DNA of 64,000 nt, taken from assembly GCA_051872395.1 (NCBI GenBank), contig JBJEDU010000031.1, forward strand, positions 2,404 through 66,403, written 5' to 3'. Shown one piece after another: positions 20,117 through 28,142 of this stretch. A program made the translations under genes and the position numbers. Below the pieces are notes generated by a model that was given only the letters and a program-made list of their open reading frames with translations, was not told the origin of the DNA and searched no databases. The stretch is from Bacilli bacterium (GTDB taxonomy: Bacteria; Bacillota_I; Bacilli_A; RFN20; CAG-826). Within the stretch, counting starts at the first letter, position 1; every line of letters starts with the position of its first letter.

Positions 20117-21394
20117 TTATACTACTTCAGTTATTTCATTGGCTTTTGTTAATGCCCATTTAGTAATTAATGGTCCCACTAATTCGTAAACGATAGTGGA
20201 AACGATTATACATGTATAGATTGTTTCTCCAATATCATTACCAGTTGATGAGAAAAATGTTTTAGCGCTAGTTGCTAAACCTAATGCCACACCAGCTTGA
20301 GGAATTAATGTTAAACCTAAATATTTTTTAACAGTCGGTTCACATTTTGTAATGTTAGCCCCAATAGCGGCTCCTGACCATTTTCCAATTACTCTAGTTA
20401 TGATATAAATTAAAGCAATTAAGAGGACTAATGCGGCTTTTGAATTAAAAAAGATGCCGAAATTGAGTTGTGCTCCACTAAGAATAAAGAAGAGCATAAA
20501 TATTGGAGCGGTAAATCTAACAAGATATTTATCGGTTCTTTCAATCCCACTGGCGAGATTGACATAAACTGCTCCTAAAGGCATGACAGTCAATAAACTT
20601 GATAATTGAAAAGAGAAAGGTAAACCGATGTCTTTTGTGTTGATCATTGATAGACCGACACAAAGAATGATAGCAGCGATAATAATAATCAATCTGTTAT
20701 TTCTTGATTTAAACCATTTCGTGGCAAATGAAACAATTAATCCAATTAACCCACCTATTAATATAGATATAATGATTTCTAATACTGGAATTAATAGTCC
20801 ATCAATAAAATTAAATGTTCCACCAATGACTAATATTTTGCTGATAGCAAATAGTAAGGCAAAGACTATTAATGCTGCAGAATCATCAAAGGCAACGACA
20901 GGAATTAAAGTTGAAGTTACTGGGCCTTTAGCTTTGTATTGTTGAATGATTAATAAAGTTGCTGCTGGAGCGGTTGCACAAGCAATAGAGCCTAAAGTTA
21001 ATATCATCGGTATTGATAAACCCAAATCTTTTAAACCTAAGAAATATCCAATTAATAATCCACAAATGACTATTATGCAGGCTCCTAACGCTTCGAAGAT
21101 AGTAATAATTGTGGCTCTTTTTCCAACTTTCTTTAAGACTGATAATTTGAATGAACCACCAATAGTGAAAGCAATAAAACCAAGAGCGATATCACTTATC
21201 CAAGTAAGATTTGATATTACTGTTTGAAATCCCTCTTGATTAATTAAACCTAAAACCCATGGTCCAATTAAAATACCACCAAGTAAATATCCAGTTACAT
21301 TTGGAAAATGGATAAGTTTCATCAACTTTGATAACGCTAAACCAACAGCGAGTGCGAGACTTATATATAAAAGTGAATAAATAATAATATTCAT
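20117..21394 (-). CDS. Cation:proton antiporter (CPA2/Na_H_Exchanger family), membrane domain only
   Basis: 425 aa and almost entirely hydrophobic. The N-terminus (PNVTGYLLGGILIGPWVLGLI) is typical of Kef/CPA2 exchangers. No C-terminal KTN/RCK domain. Confidence 0.8.
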   Translation of the reverse strand: MNIIIYSLLYISLALAVGLALSKLMKLIHFPNVTGYLLGGILIGPWVLGLINQEGFQTVISNLTWISDIALGFIAFTIGGSFKLSVLKKVGKRATIITIFEALGACIIVICGLLIGYFLGLKDLGLSIPMILTLGSIACATAPAATLLIIQQYKAKGPVTSTLIPVVAFDDSAALIVFALLFAISKILVIGGTFNFIDGLLIPVLEIIISILIGGLIGLIVSFATKWFKSRNNRLIIIIAAIILCVGLSMINTKDIGLPFSFQLSSLLTVMPLGAVYVNLASGIERTDKYLVRFTAPIFMLFFILSGAQLNFGIFFNSKAALVLLIALIYIITRVIGKWSGAAIGANITKCEPTVKKYLGLTLIPQAGVALGLATSAKTFFSSTGNDIGETIYTCIIVSTIVYELVGPLITKWALTKANEITEVV

Positions 21395-21400
21395 AAAATA

Positions 21401-21730
21401 TTAGAAACTACCTTCATAGCTTTCTAAAGGAACGACAAACATTCCACCATGGCATTTTTTGAAGTGGTTTGTCTTTTCGTTGATTATTTCTTTTACTTCT
21501 TCTATTTGATGTTCTTCTAATATCAAATATAAAGTTATATTATTTTCAAATTTGTTTGATTCAAATAACGCTAAATTGAAGAACATTGGAATTTCACCTT
21601 CATGTTCTAATGTATGTTTTAATGAAGTTGATGGAATAACTGTACCGTTATATCCTTCTTTGGATAAACTATGGAGTATTTCTTCTCCAATATGTCCACT
21701 TTCTAAAATAGCAAATAATAAGTGTTTCAT
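21401..21730 (-). CDS. Small soluble protein, possibly PII-like (DarA/PstA-like) signal transduction protein
   Basis: 109 aa, ending 6 nt upstream of the antiporter start. It has alternating beta-alpha-beta-like segments. Its C-terminus GGMFVVPLESYEGSF resembles the C-terminus I recall for B. subtilis DarA. The assignment is from memory of that family and is not verified. Confidence 0.4.
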   Translation of the reverse strand: MKHLLFAILESGHIGEEILHSLSKEGYNGTVIPSTSLKHTLEHEGEIPMFFNLALFESNKFENNITLYLILEEHQIEEVKEIINEKTNHFKKCHGGMFVVPLESYEGSF

Positions 21731-21812
21731 TTATTTTTTTAATCTCGCTTTCTTAATTCGTTATCGAATTATAGTCCTCTAAAAATATTAATGCAATTAA
21801 TTATTTTTTAGT

Positions 21813-21818
21813 TATAAT
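21813..21818 (+). promoter_or_regulatory. Probable -10 box (TATAAT) of the tmRNA promoter
   Basis: TATAAT lies 11 nt upstream of the tmRNA 5' end. Only a weak -35-like ATGCAA is present at 16-nt spacing. Confidence 0.45.
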
Positions 21819-21829
21819 ATTATTTACCT

Positions 21830-22217
21830 GGGGTCGAAATGGTTTCGACGGGGGTGGTAGTGCTGTAACGGCAGCCGAGTGATGACGATATCATCAAAAC
21901 AAAAATAACTGACAACAGTTATATGAGAGTTAAAAACTCTCAATCTCTCTGCTTAGCATAAGCTACTCGACATAGAGTTCCGACGCAAGGCGCCGGGCAG
22001 AGCGTTCATTATTAATTTAGCCTCTAGGTTAATTATTGAGCGTCACGATAGAGGATAAGCTTCTATAGCGATTAGGAAAAGAAGACGAAAATTTATAATC
22101 TCGCTTATTAAATTTGATGAAGTTTACGTTAATAAGTCAGATCATAATTTCATCTAAGCTGTAGATGTTATAGTTGGACCATCTTCGGACGCGGTTTCGA
22201 TACCGCCGGCTCCACCA
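21830..22217 (+). ncRNA. ssrA: tmRNA (SsrA)
   Basis: 5' GGGGTCGAAATGGTTTCGACGGGGG and 3' GGACGCGGTTTCGATACCGCCGGCTCCACCA. The acceptor stem pairs with a G3-U70 wobble, the alanine identity element. There is an internal tag ORF ending in TAA at 21958-21960. Confidence 0.95.
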
Positions 22218-22228
22218 AATTAAAAGTT

Positions 22229-22270
22229 AAACCTCATCTAAAAAAGAAATATTCAGGATGAGGTTTTTTA
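22229..22270 (+). terminator. Intrinsic terminator after tmRNA
   Basis: Stem AACCTCATC / GATGAGGTT followed by a T-run. Confidence 0.8.
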
Positions 22271-22292
22271 TTAGATAAGAAATTTTGAGTAT

Positions 22293-22322
22293 AAAAAAAC
22301 CACATTTTAAGAAAATGTGGTT
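22293..22322 (-). terminator. Intrinsic terminator after the DegV gene
   Basis: Stem AACCACATTTT / AAAATGTGGTT followed, on the minus strand, by a T-run. Confidence 0.75.
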
Positions 22323-22340
22323 AATTTAAATATATTTTAA

Positions 22341-23207
22341 TTATTTTTCAACTTTGCCACCATCATTGATATATAAAATACCTAATGTTTTTGGCCCACA
22401 ATGAGAGGTAATTGTACATCCAGCAGTAGTGTCAATAATGCGTTTAAATCCTCTTTTTTCTAACGCTTCTTTTGCTGCACTAACCATTTCTTCACTAGCA
22501 ACAGTGTGGGTGACAAAAGCAACACTTAAATCAGGATTATTATATTCTTCTAAAATATCTTCACAGTAATTAGCCACCACAGCGGAATTTCTACCACGAT
22601 ATTTTTTTCCTGGATGCATCACACCATTTTCCATAATTATTTGTGGTTTTAATTTTAATAAGTTCGCTGCAAATTTTGCTAAACCAGAACAACGGCCACC
22701 TTTATGTAAATAATCAGTAGTGTTTACAACGAAGCTTGTTTGAACATAAGGCACTCTGGAATTAACTTTTTCATATATTTCTTCTAATCCAAGACCTTGT
22801 TTTTGTAATTCACAAGCATAAAGCACTAAAAGACCACATCCAGTAGATAAACTTAATGAATTGATAATTTTAACTTTTCCTTTAAATTTATTTTCAGCGA
22901 CATTCATTGCGTTTTTACATGTTGAAGAAATTTCTGAACTCAAAGAAATATGAACGATACCATCATATCCTTGATTCAAAATGTCATTGAAGTAATCGAC
23001 AAATGAGAATTCATTGATTGCGCTTGTTTTTGGTAATTGACCAGTCTCATCAACAAATTCAAAAATTTGTTCAGGAGTAATGTTTTCACCATCAGAATAA
23101 ACATTTTCACCTAATAAAACTGGATAACGAATTACAAAAATGTTATTTTCCAATAATAAATCTTTTGATAAATCTGATGTAGATTCAGTGCTGATTGCTA
23201 TTTTCAT
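22341..23207 (-). CDS. DegV family fatty-acid-binding protein
   Basis: 288 aa. The N-terminus MKIAISTESTSDL...PKTSAINEFSFVDYF is typical of DegV/FakB-like proteins. An AGGAGA SD lies upstream of the ATG. Confidence 0.88.
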   Translation of the reverse strand: MKIAISTESTSDLSKDLLLENNIFVIRYPVLLGENVYSDGENITPEQIFEFVDETGQLPKTSAINEFSFVDYFNDILNQGYDGIVHISLSSEISSTCKNAMNVAENKFKGKVKIINSLSLSTGCGLLVLYACELQKQGLGLEEIYEKVNSRVPYVQTSFVVNTTDYLHKGGRCSGLAKFAANLLKLKPQIIMENGVMHPGKKYRGRNSAVVANYCEDILEEYNNPDLSVAFVTHTVASEEMVSAAKEALEKRGFKRIIDTTAGCTITSHCGPKTLGILYINDGGKVEK

Positions 23208-23859
23208 CTTTCTTATCTCCTTTTTTGTTTAATTTGAAATGTTCTACAAAACCTTTAAATGACCATTTTAATAAAAACCATAAAATCGCTAAGATTTGTA
23301 ATGGAATTGGAATAATAAATATTAACCATATGACGGAAATATCAGTGTATTTTAAACAAGTTAAATATATTGATAAAGCAACACACCATATCAGTCCGCT
23401 GACAGATATAAGCGAATAAAATCTATTTTTGTATACATTAGCAAATACTGTGAACAATATGAATGTTGGGATAGTAGCGTAAACAAAAACTAACCAACTA
23501 TCTTTTAAATGACCATTTGAAAAAATCATGAATCCCGCAAATAAAACTGAAGCAACAAGCCAAACGATACCAACACTTAGTAAAACAGTAATTAATCTCT
23601 TTTTAAAATTAGGTTGTTTAAATTTTCTTGGTTTTTCTTTTAAGAAATCATTAATAGAAATACCATAAAGATCCGCTAAAGTTTTTAAAGCAAAAATATC
23701 AGGAGTTCCTTCCCCTCTTTCCCATTTAGAAATATTTTTATCAGAATAGGAAAGCTTTTCGGCCACTTGAATTTGAGTTAACCCCATGGCTTTTCGATAA
23801 AAGATTAAGTTGTTCGCTAAGATTGCGTTATAGTCTTTCTTTGGTGATTCTTTTTTCAT
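23185..23859 (-). CDS. Membrane-anchored XRE-family (HTH_3) transcriptional regulator
   Basis: The N-terminal HTH (LTQIQVAEKLSYSDKNISKWERGEGTPD) is followed by about five hydrophobic helices. The 3' end overlaps the DegV start by 23 nt. Confidence 0.8.
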   Translation of the reverse strand: MKKESPKKDYNAILANNLIFYRKAMGLTQIQVAEKLSYSDKNISKWERGEGTPDIFALKTLADLYGISINDFLKEKPRKFKQPNFKKRLITVLLSVGIVWLVASVLFAGFMIFSNGHLKDSWLVFVYATIPTFILFTVFANVYKNRFYSLISVSGLIWCVALSIYLTCLKYTDISVIWLIFIIPIPLQILAILWFLLKWSFKGFVEHFKLNKKGDKKDENSNQH

Positions 23860-23917
23860 AATATCCTATTTTAAAGTAAATGTTTTTAAAGTCAATTAAT
23901 TAAATAATCCATTATTT

Positions 23918-23926
23918 ATTATAACA
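23918..23926 (-). promoter_or_regulatory. Candidate extended -10 (TGTTATAAT on the minus strand) for the XRE-degV operon
   Basis: The reverse complement of ATTATAACA reads TGTTATAAT, about 60 nt upstream of the XRE start codon. Confidence 0.4.
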
Positions 23927-23944
23927 TTTTTTGTAAAATAATAA

Positions 23945-24009
23945 ACACCTGTCTATAAATTTTTATGCGTGATTATTACAAGAAAAATTGCTATTTTTAT
24001 AGACAGTGT
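23945..24009. repeat. Inverted repeat ACAC(C)TGTCTATAAA ... TTTATAGACAGTGT with a 36-nt spacer (candidate operator pair)
   Basis: The arms at 23945-23959 and 23996-24009 are complementary apart from one extra C. The repeat lies between the XRE gene and a divergent small ORF. Confidence 0.6.
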
Positions 24010-24081
24010 ATATAAATAACTCAATTAATAATTTTTTCCCCACAAATATATGATAAATTATTGACAGGGGGAAAAGTGCAC

Positions 24082-24219
24082 ATGGAAATCTATGACAAAA
24101 AAGATAAATATGAACTAACTGACGAAGAACAAATTCAAGTCTATCAAATTTATCAAGAATTGATGGTAGATGGACATTCCTCTTTACAAGAACTTAACGA
24201 TATTTATTCAGAAGAATAA
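24082..24219 (+). CDS. Small acidic protein (45 aa), absent from the ORF track
   Basis: Strong SD (AGGGGGAAAAG) 6-10 nt upstream of ATG 24082. Translates as MEIYDKKDKYELTDEEQIQVYQIYQELMVDGHSSLQELNDIYSEE. Followed by a hairpin (GGCTAGT/ACTAGTC) and a T-run. Confidence 0.5.
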   Translation: MEIYDKKDKYELTDEEQIQVYQIYQELMVDGHSSLQELNDIYSEE

Positions 24220-24314
24220 TTAGATATTGAAAAAGAAATAATAGGCTAGTTTGAAACTAGTCTTTTATTTTTGTAATTAAAAAATAATTAATTTGGTTTA
24301 TAATCAAAATATAA

Positions 24315-25772
24315 ATGGAAACGACAGATAAAAATAATATTCCGAATAAATCGATTAAGATTCAAAAATCACTCTTAATAATTATATCTTTTTTAACTAT
24401 TGAAGTTTTAGCGTTCTTAGGTTTTACATTAGGTAATAGTATCATAGTTTACGCTATACTGGGTTTAGTGTTAATTATTGGAGTGGTCATTGCTTCGTTT
24501 CGTGAGATAAAATCGAAAGAAATTGTAACATATATATTTTATTTATTTCCTTATTTGTTATTTACATTTCTTTTGATGTTTGTTCCAATATCGAATTCTA
24601 TTTTAGATAATCATATATCAGTCGCTGATTGTTATATGTTTCCATTCGCATTCGTTTCTTTTTCTTTGCTTGGATATTTAATTAATAAAAATAAATCTAT
24701 TAAATTAAAAAATATATTTATAGGTATTTATAGCGGACTTGCATTATTTACATTTATTGGTCTAGTTTATACGATGATTCAGTTTGAACCATTTTACACT
24801 ATTACATATCAAAATGGTTATGTCTTCTATGATGGTAAATTATCATCCACGACCGTGGGAAATATGGCTTATGCTTTCATGGGTTTTGATGTTAAAGAAG
24901 TTAAATTAACTTATTTTTCCATGTTCCCAACTTTATTATCAACTTCTGTGATTGGCTTATTTTTTATAAGTCCAAAGAAAGAAAGGAAATTATTTATTCT
25001 TTTCTCGATATTCGCTGCACTTGGTTTAGTGACATTAATTATAATGCCAACGATGTTAACTTTAATATCTGATTTCTTCCTCTTAGTTATCGTCGTTGCA
25101 GTGATATTAATCGGTAGGTTAAAGTTAAAAACTAAACCATTCGTCATTGCTACGAAAGTAATTTTCGCTCTTGCAGTTATTTATTTATTATTCTTTCTTA
25201 TTTTAAGTCAATCGAGTATAACTTCACTAGATGGTTTAAGAAATACCCTTTATAATATTCCGCTTCTTGGTAAATTATTTTCATTAGGTCGTTACCGTGT
25301 GATCATTGATGGAATATTCGCAAGTAATAAACTTCTTGGTTTTTATGATTATGAAATTAACTTCTCAAATAGTTTTCTTTTTGATGGCTTCTATATGACT
25401 GGTTTAGTGGGTGGTATATTACTTGTTGTTGCTTTAGCTATTACCATTTATATCGTTTACTATTTTTATTCAAAACACGATAATTTATTAGAAAAATCTC
25501 TTTTAATTGCCTTTGTTTTGACTTATTTTGCTTATAATTTACTTAATGACACTATTAAGCCATATGTCTATTATGATAATTATTTACTCTCTTATCATAA
25601 TGGTCCATTTTTAATTGTTATCTTCTTAATTGGATTCGCTTTATATTATTTAAACGATAAGAAAAAATCTAATAGTGGACAAGTTTATGAGACTAGTTCA
25701 ATCGTGGATGAAGTCACTATTGAAGATAATAAAGAAAATACAGTTTTGGAGGCGAAAGAAAATGAAAAATAA
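24315..25772 (+). CDS. Polytopic integral membrane protein (485 aa), function unknown
   Basis: At least 10 hydrophobic helices and no diagnostic motif. A Wzy/O-antigen-ligase-like role is only a guess based on topology and neighbourhood. Confidence 0.7.
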   Translation: METTDKNNIPNKSIKIQKSLLIIISFLTIEVLAFLGFTLGNSIIVYAILGLVLIIGVVIASFREIKSKEIVTYIFYLFPYLLFTFLLMFVPISNSILDNHISVADCYMFPFAFVSFSLLGYLINKNKSIKLKNIFIGIYSGLALFTFIGLVYTMIQFEPFYTITYQNGYVFYDGKLSSTTVGNMAYAFMGFDVKEVKLTYFSMFPTLLSTSVIGLFFISPKKERKLFILFSIFAALGLVTLIIMPTMLTLISDFFLLVIVVAVILIGRLKLKTKPFVIATKVIFALAVIYLLFFLILSQSSITSLDGLRNTLYNIPLLGKLFSLGRYRVIIDGIFASNKLLGFYDYEINFSNSFLFDGFYMTGLVGGILLVVALAITIYIVYYFYSKHDNLLEKSLLIAFVLTYFAYNLLNDTIKPYVYYDNYLLSYHNGPFLIVIFLIGFALYYLNDKKKSNSGQVYETSSIVDEVTIEDNKENTVLEAKENEK

Positions 25773-26640
25773 CAAATTAAAAATTTTGCTTCTTTTGCTC
25801 CCTGTTTTATCTTTATCTAGTTGCCGATATGGTTTAAAAGAAGTATATATAAATCAAAATTTTAATTCGACAGTTTTTAAAGAGAATTATTACAAAGTGT
25901 GGGATAATAGTTTACTTCGCATTGATAGTCGTCGAACTTACAATGTGACGAATAATGATAAAGTGTTTACAACTTATAATGATTTCGTTTCTTTAGGAAT
26001 AGATAGTTCTGCTGCTTCTTTAAATTATGTTGAAGATATGGAATATGATGGTGATGGAAGTTTATATAATGTTGGATATGGTCCAACAAAGAAAATGTCT
26101 TTAATCAATCCTTCGTTTAAGAAAGGATATATCTCTAAATTATTTGATGGTCAGATGTTTTGTAATGGTTCTTATCAATTAGCGAGAGTGCAAATTGATA
26201 ATGAAGGTTTTGGAAAACTATTTCAAAAAGAATTACAAACTTCAAATGTTAATGGTAACGATGCCTATTTCGCTTTAAACTTCAAAGCCTCATGCGATTA
26301 TACTCGTGAAGATATTTCTATTGAACCTCATGCATCTGAATTAGATTTAAAAGTTTCTTTCTATTTAAAAAATAGTGTCAATAATTATGATGTTATCGAC
26401 ACAATTTATCATATTTCTGATATACCAACAAATCCGAGAGAAAGTAAAAATAACCCAACAGAAACTTCACTTGGAACTTATATATTCTATGGTTTTAAAA
26501 TCAATTTTGATATTACTCGTCTTCAAGGTATTTCTATCACTTACGATAATTTAAGTGATCCTTATGTTAACGCTCATCCAGATTTAGACTATTCATTGAT
26601 GTTATACGAAATGATGATTCCGTATACTAGTTGGTTATAA
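25762..26640 (+). CDS. Lipoprotein, function unknown (possible jelly-roll/carbohydrate-binding-like fold)
   Basis: Signal peptide with lipobox (LPVLSLSS|C) and a GGAGG SD 9 nt upstream of ATG 25762. Overlaps the upstream gene by 11 nt. The ORF-track start at 25675 is rejected. Confidence 0.75.
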   Translation: MKNNKLKILLLLLPVLSLSSCRYGLKEVYINQNFNSTVFKENYYKVWDNSLLRIDSRRTYNVTNNDKVFTTYNDFVSLGIDSSAASLNYVEDMEYDGDGSLYNVGYGPTKKMSLINPSFKKGYISKLFDGQMFCNGSYQLARVQIDNEGFGKLFQKELQTSNVNGNDAYFALNFKASCDYTREDISIEPHASELDLKVSFYLKNSVNNYDVIDTIYHISDIPTNPRESKNNPTETSLGTYIFYGFKINFDITRLQGISITYDNLSDPYVNAHPDLDYSLMLYEMMIPYTSWL

Positions 26641-26645
26641 TTGTT

Positions 26646-27560
26646 TTATTTTATTTTTTGATATTTTGATATATCGAGCCATTCTCCCATTACGAAATCT
26701 ATTGCATCATCATCTAAAATTAATGTTCCTTTCGCGGGAGTAAAGGTCATTTCTGAAAAATATATTTTCCCATTCACATCGTACAAATCAACACGAACGA
26801 ATGGGAATTTTTTTGCGATGTTTTCACTCATTTCCACCATTTGATCAAAGTTTGATGGTTTTTCTAATTGTTCATCACTCTTTTTCCATCCATTAAACTG
26901 AGAACCATCAAATGGAGTCCAATCGATATATTTCTGGGTATATCGAATATCTTTTCCTCTTCCAGTAACGACATATAAGTTTTTCGCTATTCCATTAAAA
27001 ACATGGATTTTATATTCGATAGGAAGTTCTCCGTTTTCTAAAAGAAGTTCTTCAATAATTATTTGCGGTTTGATTTTGCTGTAGTGATATTCTACAGTTT
27101 TCTTTCCATAATCTGTTTTGAGCCATTTATGGAATTTCTTCTTCAATTCTTTGATGTTAATTTCATTTTTATCAAAACAAATATAATTAAATCCACTCGC
27201 ATGAGTGCATTTCATCGCGAATTTATTTGGTAATTTTGAAAAGTCGATATCTTCAAATTTATCATAAACCCCATAAATAGGAATCAAACTATCTTCATAA
27301 CCTAATGATTTAATATATTCTCTCACTCCATATCGACCTGCACAGGTAGAAACTTCATCCCATTTTGGATAGACATAATATCTAAGATATTGAAGCTTTT
27401 CAGTATATCTTTTTGGATGAGAAAAATTGAGTTTATGTTTAGTGATATATTGGTATTGTAATTCAATATATTTTTTCTTAGAAATTGCTTTGACAATGTT
27501 TCTAATTGAAACGGCAAAAAACCTTTTAAATTTATTTTCTTTCAAATTTTTGTTTCCCAT
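26646..27560 (-). CDS. TupA-like ATP-grasp family protein (putative cell-surface polymer biosynthesis)
   Basis: 304 aa. The pattern KRYTEKLQYLRYY...KFAMKCTHASGFNYICFDK...YKIHVFNG...VRVDLY matches my recollection of the ATPgrasp_TupA family. Not verified. Confidence 0.55.
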   Translation of the reverse strand: MGNKNLKENKFKRFFAVSIRNIVKAISKKKYIELQYQYITKHKLNFSHPKRYTEKLQYLRYYVYPKWDEVSTCAGRYGVREYIKSLGYEDSLIPIYGVYDKFEDIDFSKLPNKFAMKCTHASGFNYICFDKNEINIKELKKKFHKWLKTDYGKKTVEYHYSKIKPQIIIEELLLENGELPIEYKIHVFNGIAKNLYVVTGRGKDIRYTQKYIDWTPFDGSQFNGWKKSDEQLEKPSNFDQMVEMSENIAKKFPFVRVDLYDVNGKIYFSEMTFTPAKGTLILDDDAIDFVMGEWLDISKYQKIK

Positions 27561-27616
27561 ATTTAGAATATTATCACTTGTTTTTTAAATAATCATTATT
27601 CGATAATTAAATTGTA

Positions 27617-27991
27617 ATGAAAAACGCGTTGAAAAGTAAAAAAGTGTATATAATTGCCCTCATCTTATCTTTGATAGGACTTCTTATTCCTTTCGGCATA
27701 TTATTTATCACTTTAATTCCTTCTTTAAACACCTCACCATTTTCTGCTTATCCATATTTACTTGGAGCGATTATGGTCGTCTATTTTTTCATTGGATTTA
27801 TTTGGGGTGATTTAAAAGATGCTTCTATTAGAAGAAAAGAAAAAAAGTGGGATGATAAACTCGATGATGAAACTAAAACGATGATTTGGAAAAGAAGACT
27901 TCCTTTTTATCTTGCGAGTATTGTCTTACTTATTGCTTTCCTAATTGTCGATGGCTTCTACTTTTTTACAGGAAGTTTCCCATTTTTATAA
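27617..27991 (+). CDS. Small membrane protein (124 aa)
   Basis: Three to four hydrophobic helices separated by a basic loop. No family recognised. Confidence 0.55.
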   Translation: MKNALKSKKVYIIALILSLIGLLIPFGILFITLIPSLNTSPFSAYPYLLGAIMVVYFFIGFIWGDLKDASIRRKEKKWDDKLDDETKTMIWKRRLPFYLASIVLLIAFLIVDGFYFFTGSFPFL

Positions 27992-28090
27992 TATTTAGCC
28001 TTTTAACTCCTTCTTTTTTCAGATAGTTTTTATACATACATATGAGCGCACACGTAAAAAATGTTTTGCATTTTTCTTTGCTTTGTATTA

Positions 28091-28099
28091 TGGTATAAA
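28091..28099 (+). promoter_or_regulatory. Candidate extended -10 element (TGGTATAAA) upstream of oppA
   Basis: A TGnTATAAA motif about 45 nt upstream of the oppA ATG, which has a strong AAGGAGG SD. No convincing -35. Confidence 0.35.
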
Positions 28100-28142
28100 C
28101 AATCATTCAGATTGAAAATTTGTAAAAAAGGAGGAAAAAGCT

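Noticed and set aside
24061-24066. A perfect TTGACA hexamer just upstream of the small ORF, considered as a -35 box.
   Set aside because: It lies only 15 nt before the ATG and overlaps the SD region, so there is no room for a -10 element and a leader.
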